A program made the translations under genes and the position numbers. This document shows positions 1-9,183 of a stretch of DNA of 64,000 nt, piece by piece. Position 1 is the stretch's first letter; every line of letters starts with the position of its first letter. The notes under the pieces were generated by a model. It had not been told where the DNA came from and searched no databases. It was given only the letters and a program-made list of their open reading frames with translations. Source of the stretch: a virus; the IMG/VR virus record IMGVR_UViG_3300022231_000029; one strand, written 5' to 3'.

Positions 1-3
1 TCT

Positions 4-276
4 TCATGCTGGCACCGCCGAATTATCCCAGCATTCTTCGAGAGCTTTTACTTTGAGAATCTTGCCCCAGAGAGTCCCACCATCAAGCTTTACCATCTGA
101 ACATAAAGCAGATATTCCTCTCCTCTCGTAAGGTCTAAATCAATCCGACCGCGCAAGATAACCTCCTTAAGAAGTTCACCAGCAAAGACTCCCTTGAAGT
201 GGAAATAGTAATTGTTCTCATCAGAGCTATAGGGACTAATGCGAACACACTTAGAAACGATGATGATGTTTTTCAT
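4..276 (-). CDS. hypothetical early protein (90 aa)
   Basis: ORF in overlapping minus-strand operon; start overlaps stop of upstream gene. Confidence 0.7.
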   Translation of the reverse strand: MKNIIIVSKCVRISPYSSDENNYYFHFKGVFAGELLKEVILRGRIDLDLTRGEEYLLYVQMVKLDGGTLWGKILKVKALEECWDNSAVPA

Positions 277-632
277 CCGAACACCACTTCCTTAAAGAGA
301 CAAAGTTGAAGAAAGACATCACCTGTGTCTGCATCCTCGTTTTCATTCATGAAGTCGGCATAGTGCTGAGGATACTTCTCTGCCATGAGCTTTAAGGCAT
401 TGTCGATTTCAGCGCGCGCGACCCGATATTCAAGTCCAGAGCCCTCCTCGACTTCTTCGTCGATATAAGCAATGAAGCCTCCACACAGCATATAGTTGTA
501 ATAGGAAAATTTCTTCTCCTCTTCAATGAGCGGACGAATTTTGTTGCACCAATAAGTTGAGCCTCCCTCAACGGCACAGATAAACAGGTCTGCAATTCTT
601 GAGTCTGGTACGTTTATATTTATAGTAGTCAT
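273..632 (-). CDS. conserved phage early protein of unknown function
   Basis: AGGAGG RBS; EGGSTYW and DADTGDVFLQLCLFKEVVFG motifs resemble a phage hypothetical family. Confidence 0.75.
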   Translation of the reverse strand: MTTININVPDSRIADLFICAVEGGSTYWCNKIRPLIEEEKKFSYYNYMLCGGFIAYIDEEVEEGSGLEYRVARAEIDNALKLMAEKYPQHYADFMNENEDADTGDVFLQLCLFKEVVFG

Positions 633-643
633 TTGAATTCCTC

Positions 644-922
644 CTACGCGAGCTTCGCGACGATTTTGTAGTTATCAACATTGGCCGCAGGAACTTCCCA
701 GCCGAAACATGAACCGGATACCATGGCCTCAATATGCGCGGCAGATACTCCCCAACTAGCATTCATCTTGTCTGCCAGTTCTTGAGAAGTAATCATCGGC
801 GCGGGATAGAATCCCATCTCTCCGGTCTTGATGATAATGAAGCTTCCGTCATACGGATGAGGGGCCACGCATTTCTGGGGAAGCTTAGCAATGTTTTGTT
901 GTGCAGTTGAGTTCGTAATCAT
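644..922 (-). CDS. hypothetical protein with EAMxxGSxFGWxxPxA motif
   Basis: start moved to ATG 922 (ATGA overlap with upstream stop); motif recalled from phage/MGE early proteins. Confidence 0.65.
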   Translation of the reverse strand: MITNSTAQQNIAKLPQKCVAPHPYDGSFIIIKTGEMGFYPAPMITSQELADKMNASWGVSAAHIEAMVSGSCFGWEVPAANVDNYKIVAKLA

Positions 923-1371
923 GATTGTTTCTCCTCTTCGTTCCAAAGTTTAAGACATTGTTCGCACTTGATAGCTCCCCACGTTTCGTCAATCCATTTA
1001 CCGGGATGCGCGGCCCTTTCTACTTTTGAGAATCGTTCGCGGTTCTTTCCGCAAAGGATAGTTCCGGCCAGTGGCCCGGTGAGTGAAATATGAGTCAGCT
1101 TCTCACGGTCTGGTGTATCGGTGACAATATTCTCAGTGTGAATAGTCAGTGTGCCATGAGTGCTATGATATCCAGTGCATTCAAAGACTACGCCGCTTTC
1201 TTTGTTCTGGAGCATGAAGATGCGGGAGCCTCCCCAGCCACCGTCACGACCATTTAAAACACGAAAAGGCGAATGCTCCTCAACGAGCTTTCGATAATCG
1301 CCTGACTTCGTTTCGATCTTCTTAGGGCCGACATACATATAATCGGCAAAGCCTGAAATCATGATTTCCAT
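919..1371 (-). CDS. hypothetical protein with C-terminal Cys motif
   Basis: AAGGAG RBS before ATG 1371; CG...CEQC. Confidence 0.65.
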   Translation of the reverse strand: MEIMISGFADYMYVGPKKIETKSGDYRKLVEEHSPFRVLNGRDGGWGGSRIFMLQNKESGVVFECTGYHSTHGTLTIHTENIVTDTPDREKLTHISLTGPLAGTILCGKNRERFSKVERAAHPGKWIDETWGAIKCEQCLKLWNEEEKQS

Positions 1372-1381
1372 TTGGTACTCC

Positions 1382-2158
1382 TTATCCGCAGTAGCCGTCT
1401 GCGATGTTGATATATTCATCTAAAAACTTAGGGTGCTTCACTTTATTGATCTGTTTTGTCCTGATGGTCTTGCCCACTTCTCTTTCGAGCTTCGCCATCT
1501 TTAAGGCGAGTTCCGGGCGCAGGATAGCGGCCTGTTGATGTTCACCGATCCGACCGTTCACACAGAACACGCATGAGAGGCGAGAGAATCCCAGACTGTA
1601 AACGTGATGGGGGACTTGTCCCGCTTCTTTGATTTCTTCAAGGACTTCCGCCGTTGAATAATCGAAGAGAGGAAGCCAATCAAAAATCATGTGATCTGGG
1701 AACTTTCTTTTTCTGGTCATCTCGGAAAGCTGAAAAGGTTCCTTTTCAGCTCTACGCTTAGACTCTTCTGCGCGCATACCTGTGGCGTTCACAGCGGTCT
1801 TTAAACCGTGTTTTGTCATGTAGTCGTGGATGAATGCTTCGATGGGTACGATCTTCAGAAAGTCAGTGCAAAACTGATTGTTACCGGACGGGATGCGCTT
1901 GTACTTTCTGACCATATCAAAGAAAGTCATTTCAGAACGGACGACATGAACGGGGAGCCCGAAGGAATTCTTTTCTATCCAGTGGTGCATAGGCTCCCAT
2001 TCCATTTCTCCAAGGTCGGAGTGAACGAGGACAATGCGCCCCTTGAATCCCAAACGGATAAGCAGGGCCAGCATGGCCTGAGAGTCTTTTCCCCCGGAGT
2101 GAGAGACAAAGATAACTTGGGCAGTTTGAATGTCGAGCGGGACAGTGATTTTTTTCAT
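1382..2158 (-). CDS. PAPS reductase-family (PP-loop) protein
   Basis: SHSGGKDS PP-loop, CTDFLK, GMRAEESKRR, GFSRLSCVFC; start moved to ATG 2158. Confidence 0.88.
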   Translation of the reverse strand: MKKITVPLDIQTAQVIFVSHSGGKDSQAMLALLIRLGFKGRIVLVHSDLGEMEWEPMHHWIEKNSFGLPVHVVRSEMTFFDMVRKYKRIPSGNNQFCTDFLKIVPIEAFIHDYMTKHGLKTAVNATGMRAEESKRRAEKEPFQLSEMTRKRKFPDHMIFDWLPLFDYSTAEVLEEIKEAGQVPHHVYSLGFSRLSCVFCVNGRIGEHQQAAILRPELALKMAKLEREVGKTIRTKQINKVKHPKFLDEYINIADGYCG

Positions 2159-2225
2159 GGTGTTTTCTCTATTCGTTGTTCTATTCAAAAGTCGGCCAGG
2201 GGAAGGCTCCCCCAGCCTAGGCCTG

Positions 2226-2768
2226 TTATCCTGTGTACTCGATATAGTAGTAAGTGCCGTTCCGGTAGAAGCTTGTGCCATCTAGTTCTTTCATCCATCT
2301 TTCAAAGTCAAAGTAGAAAGAGAGATTGTTATCCTGAAGCATCTTGTAGGTGTCCGGGTTGTAGTTCTCCATGACTTCCATTCCGAGGCAATCCATAGAG
2401 TGAGAGTCAGTGTAAATAATCATGTCTTCAAGCTTTGAATCAATATCGTAAGCGGTGGTTCCGATGTAATGCCAGCCGACTACTTCTGCGAGGAGTTCGA
2501 TTTTCTCGATCTTGTCAGAGTCCCACGTTTCTACGATTTCAAAGAAGTCTTCCAAGGAAACCCGATCTAAGAGTTCTTGATTTCCCTCTCCATCAATGAA
2601 TTGATATTCGTACTCCTCAACCGTGCCGCCCCAGCTATTCTTGTTCTTGGCGTATTTCTCTTCATATTCGGCCATGGTGGTGAAGTAGAAGCCTGTTGCC
2701 TCTATGTCATAGGGTTGAGCGTGAAGAGTGACCAGAGGGCGAGGAGCAAGGTTTTCTGCGGCTGACAT
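2226..2768 (-). CDS. ardA: ArdA-like antirestriction protein
   Basis: acidic 180 aa; TLHAQPYDI-x-A-x-GFYF, EEYEYQFIDG, C-terminal YFDFERW. Confidence 0.7.
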   Translation of the reverse strand: MSAAENLAPRPLVTLHAQPYDIEATGFYFTTMAEYEEKYAKNKNSWGGTVEEYEYQFIDGEGNQELLDRVSLEDFFEIVETWDSDKIEKIELLAEVVGWHYIGTTAYDIDSKLEDMIIYTDSHSMDCLGMEVMENYNPDTYKMLQDNNLSFYFDFERWMKELDGTSFYRNGTYYYIEYTG

Positions 2769-2869
2769 AATCTATTCCTTTTGCCGACTCTGCGGCATCT
2801 ATTCGTTAAAACACTTGGGGAACTTCCCCAGCATATCGAGAGTAAAAATCAGTTGAAAAGTATATCTTT

Positions 2870-2898
2870 ATTGTCTCAAAAGATTTTGAACCTGTCAA
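2870..2898 (-). promoter_or_regulatory. sigma70-like early promoter
   Basis: TTGACA-17 nt-GACAAT (with TGn extension) on minus strand upstream of the ArdA-like operon. Confidence 0.6.
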
Positions 2899-2910
2899 CG
2901 TAACTACCTG

Positions 2911-3183
2911 AAATACCTAGGAGCTACCCCATGGTGTACGGGTTCTAGGGGTTAACCGGGCACCCCCTTACGCAAGGGGGAATAGATCTGGTAGATGCCA
3001 GGGCAGGGTGGTACTAGGGGTAGATACCCCCTACGCCCAGGGGTTACATATAAAAGCCCCGGTATTACCTAGGGAATTGCCCTATATGTAGCTCCTAGCA
3101 TGAGGGGGTATCTGAGAGCATAGGGTCACAGTACCCCCTTATATATGGAGCTCCAGGAGTAACCCCATGGGGTATGGGGTAGC
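2911..3183. repeat. non-coding G/C-run region dense in inverted repeats (origin/terminus/packaging candidate)
   Basis: perfect IR pairs 2917-2927/3088-3098, 3022-3032/3103-3113, 2923-2932/3174-3183; hairpin 2963-2980; no ORF. Confidence 0.7.
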
Positions 3184-3351
3184 CTTTTAGACGGTCATAT
3201 GGCCAGAAATCGGGATTTTTCAAGAAATTTTTCTACAAGTTTTTCACGAATATTTGCAGAAAGAAAAATCGACCCCATCTTATCAGAGGATAGGCTTTTC
3301 ATTCATTGCCTGTCTGTATAGACTTAAATCAATCGCTAAGGAGGGTTTTTC

Positions 3352-3750
3352 ATGAGTGGGACATATTTCGTAGTTAATCACGTCTCTGATCCGCTGAAGA
3401 CAGAGGGAATTGTAGAGAGTTATCAGATGGTGATGCTTGATCGCGGTCAAGGGCCTGAGCTTACTCGCCTCAATTTTGTTCACTGGCCAGAAATTCCAGT
3501 ACCGTTCGTGCATGAAGAGTTATCAGAAAATCTCGCGTTCTCTAATCTTTACGTCTCAGCTCTCGATGCTGGACAAGATGAAGAAGAGGAAGAACTTCCG
3601 GAAGCACCAATCGGTGAAGTCGATGAAGACGGGCTTGATGATGAAGGTAACGAATGGGTGTGGATTGCTGAAGAAGAGAGATGGAATCTCGTTGCACTCG
3701 CTCCTGATCCGGAGGATGATGAAGTAGAAGAAGATCAACCGGAAACGTAA
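3352..3750 (+). CDS. highly acidic protein (132 aa)
   Basis: AAGGAGG RBS; Asp/Glu-rich C-terminal half; followed by terminator. Confidence 0.8.
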   Translation: MSGTYFVVNHVSDPLKTEGIVESYQMVMLDRGQGPELTRLNFVHWPEIPVPFVHEELSENLAFSNLYVSALDAGQDEEEEELPEAPIGEVDEDGLDDEGNEWVWIAEEERWNLVALAPDPEDDEVEEDQPET

Positions 3751-3800
3751 GGCCGGGGATACTCGGTATATGATATCTTTCCACAAGTGGGAAGAAGTAA

Positions 3801-3826
3801 GGGGGAGTTTGCAACTCCCCCTTTTT
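3801..3826. terminator. intrinsic terminator between convergent genes
   Basis: GGGGGAGTT-tgc-AACTCCCCC then TTTTT. Confidence 0.85.
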
Positions 3827-3834
3827 ATTGGTGA

Positions 3835-4728
3835 TTACTCGACAGGTTCTCTGAATGGAAGTTCCATTTCTTCCATCTCTACTTCTTCCACGACTTTTCG
3901 TTTTGAAGCAGGGCCCTTGGTCTTCGGCATACGAAGTTCAAGATTCCAAAGCTGACGAACACGACGAACGAATTCTTCGCGAGTCGGCGCTTGTCTCATG
4001 ATCTTGAATTTTGTCTTCGCTGATTTTCCTTCAACACCAAGAAGATCCTGCGCCTTCATCGTTTTGTAGAGTTCACCGGACTTGATGAGGAAGAGATCAG
4101 AAATTGTTTTAAAGAAGATCACAGCAACGAACATTCTCACATAACGATTTTCTTCAACGCCAATGAGATAGTTAAACCATTCAGTATCATCCATGCCACG
4201 AGGACGTTGCTTATAGTTAAACGATGTCACTCTTTCGCGAGCAACTTTATCCTTACGCTTTCTCTGGCCATAAGAATTTCTGTCAGTGGCGGTCATGCGA
4301 AGATCGGATTCCAGGTAAAGCTGAACCAGGTTAATGATAGCTCCCTTGAAGCGAACCATCCTGGTCTTGAAGACTTTCTCAGAACTGATGTTTGCCTTGA
4401 GCATCTTGGTAACGGAGCCATCCTTATCCGCGCCCTCTCCTTCAACACCCAGGAGATCCGAGAGCCCATCATAAAATGACTGTGCGATTCTTGGAGTCTG
4501 GGGATTGTCTTTGGTATTATGGCCATCACCGATTTCACCGGAAGGAGTGAAACTGAAAAGGAAAGCATCCTTGCCGAGTTCTTGGACGACATCAGCAACA
4601 AACTCATCTTTACTGATATCCTTTCGGTTATCTTCAACCGAGAAAGCAATCTCTCCGAGTGCTTCGAAGATTTCTTTATTACCAAGTGGAAGAGTGACGT
4701 TTGTTTTCTGTCTCATTCTTTTTTTCAT
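3835..4728 (-). CDS. hypothetical protein (297 aa)
   Basis: long ORF coupled to upstream gene. Confidence 0.8.
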   Translation of the reverse strand: MKKRMRQKTNVTLPLGNKEIFEALGEIAFSVEDNRKDISKDEFVADVVQELGKDAFLFSFTPSGEIGDGHNTKDNPQTPRIAQSFYDGLSDLLGVEGEGADKDGSVTKMLKANISSEKVFKTRMVRFKGAIINLVQLYLESDLRMTATDRNSYGQRKRKDKVARERVTSFNYKQRPRGMDDTEWFNYLIGVEENRYVRMFVAVIFFKTISDLFLIKSGELYKTMKAQDLLGVEGKSAKTKFKIMRQAPTREEFVRRVRQLWNLELRMPKTKGPASKRKVVEEVEMEEMELPFREPVE

Positions 4729-5120
4729 CAGTGCTGTCCTATTTTATCCCGGAAGACAGAGTGCTTGGCCAGGAGGGTATTGGTTTCTGCGTTCACGCGA
4801 TCAAGTTCATATTCCAGGATCTTCTTCCATTCTTCATTCATGCGGAGAATGACCTTGGAGAAAATAAACCTGGAGAGAGATTCGCCCATATTTTTATCGC
4901 TCGTAATTTCAACCAAGTCAAATCGGTGAGGAGACTTGATTGAGTCAGCGACAGAGTAGAGCTTTTCAGTGGTGGTTGGATTATCGGAGAAGCGATAAAG
5001 AAAATTCATCCGGAACTCATGAAACTCAGTTTCACGGGCCATAGAATCTTCCATCTGGGATCTGATGTAGCTCACGACCTCATCAGCGAGATTCTTAGCG
5101 ATGAGTTCGATCGGTAACAT
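4728..5120 (-). CDS. hypothetical protein (130 aa)
   Basis: ORF in operon. Confidence 0.75.
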   Translation of the reverse strand: MLPIELIAKNLADEVVSYIRSQMEDSMARETEFHEFRMNFLYRFSDNPTTTEKLYSVADSIKSPHRFDLVEITSDKNMGESLSRFIFSKVILRMNEEWKKILEYELDRVNAETNTLLAKHSVFRDKIGQH

Positions 5121-5129
5121 CCCATGCTC

Positions 5130-5360
5130 CTATTCGTGTTCGTAATAGCGTTGTATGGCCCTTGTGGCAATCTGACGAAGATTATCTTTTGCTTTCGGAG
5201 TAATGCTGGACATAGCAAGAGCGCCTTCAATAAAGCGTTCAGGATTGACGTTCACTTCGATTCCCTGGATACCGTCAGATCCTTCCTCACGAGACTTGAG
5301 ATAAAGGTAGCTCGCAGAAAATCCAAAAGCGAGTAAACCTATGATCGTGGTCTTCTTCAT
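5130..5360 (-). CDS. small membrane protein
   Basis: N-terminal hydrophobic helix IIGLLAFGFSASYLYL. Confidence 0.7.
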   Translation of the reverse strand: MKKTTIIGLLAFGFSASYLYLKSREEGSDGIQGIEVNVNPERFIEGALAMSSITPKAKDNLRQIATRAIQRYYEHE

Positions 5361-5845
5361 ATTATTTTTTTTGCCTCTGCCACTTTTTTATCTTTCCCCG
5401 ACACCATCGTAAGCGCAACACCCAGGACAAGAACACCAAGTCCAACATACGCCATCGTCTTACCGCCCATCATGTCGTAGAAGCTCTGAAGTTTCGCTGA
5501 AACGGTGCTTGTGCCGGTGGCGGTAGAGACGGCGGTGCTCGTGGATGAGGACGAAGAAGTTTTAGTAGTGGTTGTTACGACAGGTGCAACGATATCACTT
5601 GGAAAGAGGCCCAGCTTGACCGCCACAGCGTTATCGACAATCCCGTTAACTGTCATGCCTTTTTGAGACTGAAACATTTTAACGGCGTTCTGAGTGTTCG
5701 CACCGAAGATCCCGTCAGCAACAAGTTTCGGAGTTGTTCCCCAAACGACTTTCGCATTCAGAGCATTTTGAACTTTCGTAACATGGGTTCCCTTATCTCC
5801 GATTTGCATATTCAGTCCTTTGAATGAGGCAGCGAGAATATTCAT
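5357..5845 (-). CDS. peptidoglycan-binding (PG_binding_1-like) protein with Thr/Ser linker and C-terminal TM helix
   Basis: GDKGTHVTKVQNAL...ADGIFGANTQNAVKMFQ...GIVD; C-terminal YVGLGVLVLGVALTMV. Confidence 0.85.
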   Translation of the reverse strand: MNILAASFKGLNMQIGDKGTHVTKVQNALNAKVVWGTTPKLVADGIFGANTQNAVKMFQSQKGMTVNGIVDNAVAVKLGLFPSDIVAPVVTTTTKTSSSSSTSTAVSTATGTSTVSAKLQSFYDMMGGKTMAYVGLGVLVLGVALTMVSGKDKKVAEAKKII

Positions 5846-5933
5846 TCCCGCTGCCGGAGGTTATCACGGAGTGGACACGGGCAGGCATCAGAACGAAGTG
5901 GGTAGTAGTCTTCGTTCCCGCGAACACTTGACA

Positions 5934-5942
5934 ATTATATCA
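5934..5942 (-). promoter_or_regulatory. extended -10 promoter element
   Basis: TG-A-TATAAT on minus strand upstream of the PG-binding gene. Confidence 0.45.
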
Positions 5943-5949
5943 AACAAAT

Positions 5950-6519
5950 TCAATAGAGGTACTGAAACCTGATAACTTCTGCGCCAGTGAGACCGGAAAC
6001 CACAGAAGAGGCTGAGAGAAGAGTTAAGGTATTATCTGTAATCGAATAATCGTCACCCTCGACGAATATCACCGGCGCAGCTCCGGCCACAGAACAGAAC
6101 ATAGAATCGGCAAGAGGGGAGAAAGAGAGAGGGATATCAATGTCGGACACGACAGGGCCCGTAAGATCGAAGGACTCTTTCTGAGATCTCCTCACGAGTG
6201 AATTGAGTTCCTGGACGCTATTCTGAAGATCCGCAATAAAGTTATTGAGAGAATCAACCGAGCTGGCCAGGAGTCCAACGGCATCAGAAAGTGCTGCGAC
6301 TTCTGTTGAAATAGAATCGACTCCGGATTGAAGAGCAAGGCTTCCTGATCCAGACACCACGGGAAGAGACGCGAACTGAATGATATCTCCGGAAGTGACC
6401 TGGAGAATATTCACATCGCCAGTATTGGCAAAATTTCTCGCGCGAAGGTACTGAGCATTGTCCAGACGAATCTGTGTGCCACCGATGGATGAGGAATTGA
6501 TAAACTTCCCGGAGATCAT
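5950..6519 (-). CDS. spike/vertex protein (shared N-anchor, coiled coil, shared C-terminal domain)
   Basis: IRLDNAQYLRARNFANTGDVNIL matches N-terminus of ORF 22687; central heptads; C-domain like ORFs 6522 and 22104. Confidence 0.65.
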   Translation of the reverse strand: MISGKFINSSSIGGTQIRLDNAQYLRARNFANTGDVNILQVTSGDIIQFASLPVVSGSGSLALQSGVDSISTEVAALSDAVGLLASSVDSLNNFIADLQNSVQELNSLVRRSQKESFDLTGPVVSDIDIPLSFSPLADSMFCSVAGAAPVIFVEGDDYSITDNTLTLLSASSVVSGLTGAEVIRFQYLY

Positions 6520-6521
6520 GG

Positions 6522-6809
6522 TTACACCTTCTTGTAAACGAATTTGAGCTGGTCGCCGACAACAAGAGTTGCAGCATACGAGCTGGCGCTGAAGTTCACC
6601 ACGTTTCCACTCAGAGAGATGTTATCCAGGACACTTCCTCCAACAACGAGAGCAAGAATGTTCTGTACGTTGACGGGAGTTTGAGAGAGTGTCACTTCTT
6701 TATCAGCAACCTGGTCAGCATCAAGAGTGATCATCGGCTCAAAAACTGTTTTGTCTTCTGCTGGCGGTGGTGATCCGTTCTGTGGCCCAAAATAAATTCT
6801 GGAGTTCAT
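6522..6809 (-). CDS. small spike-associated protein (stand-alone C-domain paralog)
   Basis: ITLDADQVADKEVTL...GDQLKFVY resembles C-termini of ORFs 22104 and 22687. Confidence 0.6.
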   Translation of the reverse strand: MNSRIYFGPQNGSPPPAEDKTVFEPMITLDADQVADKEVTLSQTPVNVQNILALVVGGSVLDNISLSGNVVNFSASSYAATLVVGDQLKFVYKKV

Positions 6810-6812
6810 CTC

Positions 6813-7148
6813 TTACCCCACTGAATCATCCCAACTGATAACAATCGGGGTGCCATTCGGGTTATGAACGTAAACACTCTGAGGGCCATCAAGATCAATC
6901 GCTCTGTTCCCTCCGAGAGGGAATCCTTCCGTCTCGATATCCGTATCATCACCACGCTTGTAGCGAATAAGGTTTGCGAGAGTGCCATCATTATTATAAA
7001 TGGTGAGCGCAGTCCTCTCCGGAAGTTCAGGACGAAGTTCGATCGTTTCGCCAGCACCTACTTCAGTGTTATTTTCAAAGCTCACGCGAGTTGCTGGACG
7101 TGGCTTGATTCGTGAATTCGGAAAACTTGCAAGATCAACAAATGGCAT
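6813..7148 (-). CDS. small beta-rich capsid protein (penton-like single jelly roll, inferred)
   Basis: start moved to ATG 7148 (GGAGGA RBS); RTALTIYN...GFPL pattern; last of the capsid paralog cluster. Confidence 0.5.
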   Translation of the reverse strand: MPFVDLASFPNSRIKPRPATRVSFENNTEVGAGETIELRPELPERTALTIYNNDGTLANLIRYKRGDDTDIETEGFPLGGNRAIDLDGPQSVYVHNPNGTPIVISWDDSVG

Positions 7149-7149
7149 A

Positions 7150-7722
7150 TTATCCTCCGATCTTGTAGTTGTTCGCTTTGCTGATCGAGCGTAAGTATCC
7201 TTTGAAACGGACACCCATCACTTGAGGCACAATGCTTGAGTTCGTGAGATACCACTTGAGCGACTGTCCTTCCAGAATGCGAAGGTTACACTCAATCATG
7301 TTCTCGTTTGAAAGGTCTGGCCCAACACCAAGAGACATGCGGTATGGAACTTTCTGCGGATTAGCAAGATCAGTCGGTGTACCGTGATACGGAAACACGC
7401 GAATGTCATTCAGCTTTGGAATGAATTCAGTCTGGTCAGCAAACTGAGCATCAGTATAAATACCGTATGCCGTGATGATTGCTTCCCATCCTTTCGGAGG
7501 CGCGAAGTTGATGAAGAGTTCTTCTGTAGTTCCGGAAGAAGCTTCAGCGACACGTCTTACGTCGAAAGACTGCCCATTCTGAGGAATGTTGATGAAGGGA
7601 TTCGAAAGTTTCTCCCCGACCATTTCAAAAAGTTGCGAGTAATCGCCACCTTTAAAAGCGTCGAGAATTTCCTTGATCGAAAAACGTCCCTGGAGGACGT
7701 TATCGGGTCTTTGATTCTTCAT
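7150..7722 (-). CDS. single-jelly-roll capsid protein paralog
   Basis: beta-rich; PPKGWEAIITAY, ILEGQSLKWYLTN, VRFKGYLRS; AAGGAGG RBS. Confidence 0.5.
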   Translation of the reverse strand: MKNQRPDNVLQGRFSIKEILDAFKGGDYSQLFEMVGEKLSNPFINIPQNGQSFDVRRVAEASSGTTEELFINFAPPKGWEAIITAYGIYTDAQFADQTEFIPKLNDIRVFPYHGTPTDLANPQKVPYRMSLGVGPDLSNENMIECNLRILEGQSLKWYLTNSSIVPQVMGVRFKGYLRSISKANNYKIGG

Positions 7723-7732
7723 TCATTCCTCC

Positions 7733-8398
7733 TTAACCTGTTACGAGGTTAGTGAGGTCTTGCTGTCCTTCGATACGGATTCTGTAGCCTTTGAAGATCA
7801 TGAACACAACAAAGTTTCTTGCAGAGTTGTTGTTCACGAGATCAATCTGAAGCTGCTGAAGCGGCATGAACATCATCGGACGATCAGGCAGGAACGGCTG
7901 GAAAGGTGCTCCGATCTGATCGAGCGGAACATAGTTGTCCTGGTAAGCGCGAGATGAAGATCCGTCAATCAAGGCAAAGCGAAGGCCATTGGCATCACCG
8001 TTACCGCTGATGTCGCGTGGGTTAATGTATTCGATTGTTGGTGTGACAGAATCGAAGTCTACGGCGAAAACAACTTTCACCATCTCTGTCCACACGAATG
8101 CAGCTTCCTGGGTGACTTCGAAGCTGATCTGTTGTTGACCACCGTTTGCTTCGAGCACATCAGAAGTAGCACAGAAGAAGAATGGCCAGATCACGTTGTT
8201 GATCGTGAGGGCATCTCCTGATGCGAGGTTCTTCAGATACTTCGCCCCGCCCGTCGGTGCGTTCACATATTGAGAGCGAACGTCATTTGCGGCCTGAAGG
8301 CGAGTATTTCTGATTTCCATGTCACGCTTCAGTTTATTCAACTGATCAACGTCCAGGGATTGAAGATTAATTTTGTTTCCTGTTGTTTCATCGGCCAT
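7733..8398 (-). CDS. single-jelly-roll capsid protein paralog
   Basis: WPFFF...FEVTQEAAFVWT...LIDGSSSRAYQDNYVPL...FKGYRIRI; colinear with ORF 8410. Confidence 0.55.
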   Translation of the reverse strand: MADETTGNKINLQSLDVDQLNKLKRDMEIRNTRLQAANDVRSQYVNAPTGGAKYLKNLASGDALTINNVIWPFFFCATSDVLEANGGQQQISFEVTQEAAFVWTEMVKVVFAVDFDSVTPTIEYINPRDISGNGDANGLRFALIDGSSSRAYQDNYVPLDQIGAPFQPFLPDRPMMFMPLQQLQIDLVNNNSARNFVVFMIFKGYRIRIEGQQDLTNLVTG

Positions 8399-8409
8399 AA
8401 AGCCCTCCC

Positions 8410-9081
8410 TTATCCGTTATGCTTCTGGAACATAGTTTTAAGAACAACGTCTGGACGCTGAATTCTTACTCGTGCTCCGTAGAGGGTGAAGTTCTGTGTA
8501 CCAACACCTTCAGTCTCGATATTAACGCCGGTAGGAAGCCAGCATTTGAGTTCAAGCATTGCTTGTGCTGATGGGTACAGAAGATATGGAACAGGAAGGT
8601 CAAAGAAGTAACCCTTCGATGGAAACACTTGAAGAGGTACTGGTTTGTCCATGAACTGTCTTGATGATTGCATATCGCGGAGAATGAGACTCAAAGGAGC
8701 TTCAAGCCCGGCAACACCGGCATCTTCGCAATCGCGATAGATACGAGTGACAAGAAATGCTGATTCGTTTGTGACCTTGAAAGACTTCTCGGCACGGAAA
8801 TTACTATTCCATGTCGGATCTGTCCCAAGATCGAAATCCACCTCATAGAAGAATCCCCACTGAACAGCGTTGATATCGCCTACGTTCGATGGGATCAGTT
8901 CCGGTGGAAGGATGTTATTCAGGTGGCGCTCAAGAGCGTTCTGTTTAACAGATGGTTGATCAAAGAGAGTGTTCGCACCTTTCTCCGCTTTCTGGAGACG
9001 GCGCTCTACGGAACGATTTTCTTTGATAGATGAATCGAGTGAGAGGATGTCAGCAATGAGTTGCTGTTTTTGATCTGCCAT
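8410..9081 (-). CDS. single-jelly-roll capsid protein paralog
   Basis: WGFFY...FKVTNESAFLVT...LRDMQSSRQFMDKPVPL...LYGARVRI; start moved to ATG 9081. Confidence 0.55.
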   Translation of the reverse strand: MADQKQQLIADILSLDSSIKENRSVERRLQKAEKGANTLFDQPSVKQNALERHLNNILPPELIPSNVGDINAVQWGFFYEVDFDLGTDPTWNSNFRAEKSFKVTNESAFLVTRIYRDCEDAGVAGLEAPLSLILRDMQSSRQFMDKPVPLQVFPSKGYFFDLPVPYLLYPSAQAMLELKCWLPTGVNIETEGVGTQNFTLYGARVRIQRPDVVLKTMFQKHNG

Positions 9082-9143
9082 AAAATTCCCTTTCTTCAAA
9101 GCTCTCACTTTTTCCAAAGCGGGCTTTATTCAAAGAGGTTGAT

Positions 9144-9168
9144 AAAAGTAGGGGAGCCGAAGCTCCCC
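9144..9168 (-). terminator. intrinsic terminator after major capsid gene
   Basis: GGGGAGC-ttcg-GCTCCCC then TACTTTT. Confidence 0.8.
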
Positions 9169-9183
9169 CACCAGGAAAAGAGA

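Noticed and set aside
644-660. Additional hairpin-arm element at CGCGAGCTTCGCG
   Set aside because: A single palindrome inside a gene end, with no partner arm or spacer match.
5846-5925. Hammerhead ribozyme or riboswitch in the leader of the PG-binding gene
   Set aside because: An 8-bp hairpin (GAACGAAG/CTTCGTTC) followed by CTGATG is present, but the conserved CUGANGA and GAAA core is not.
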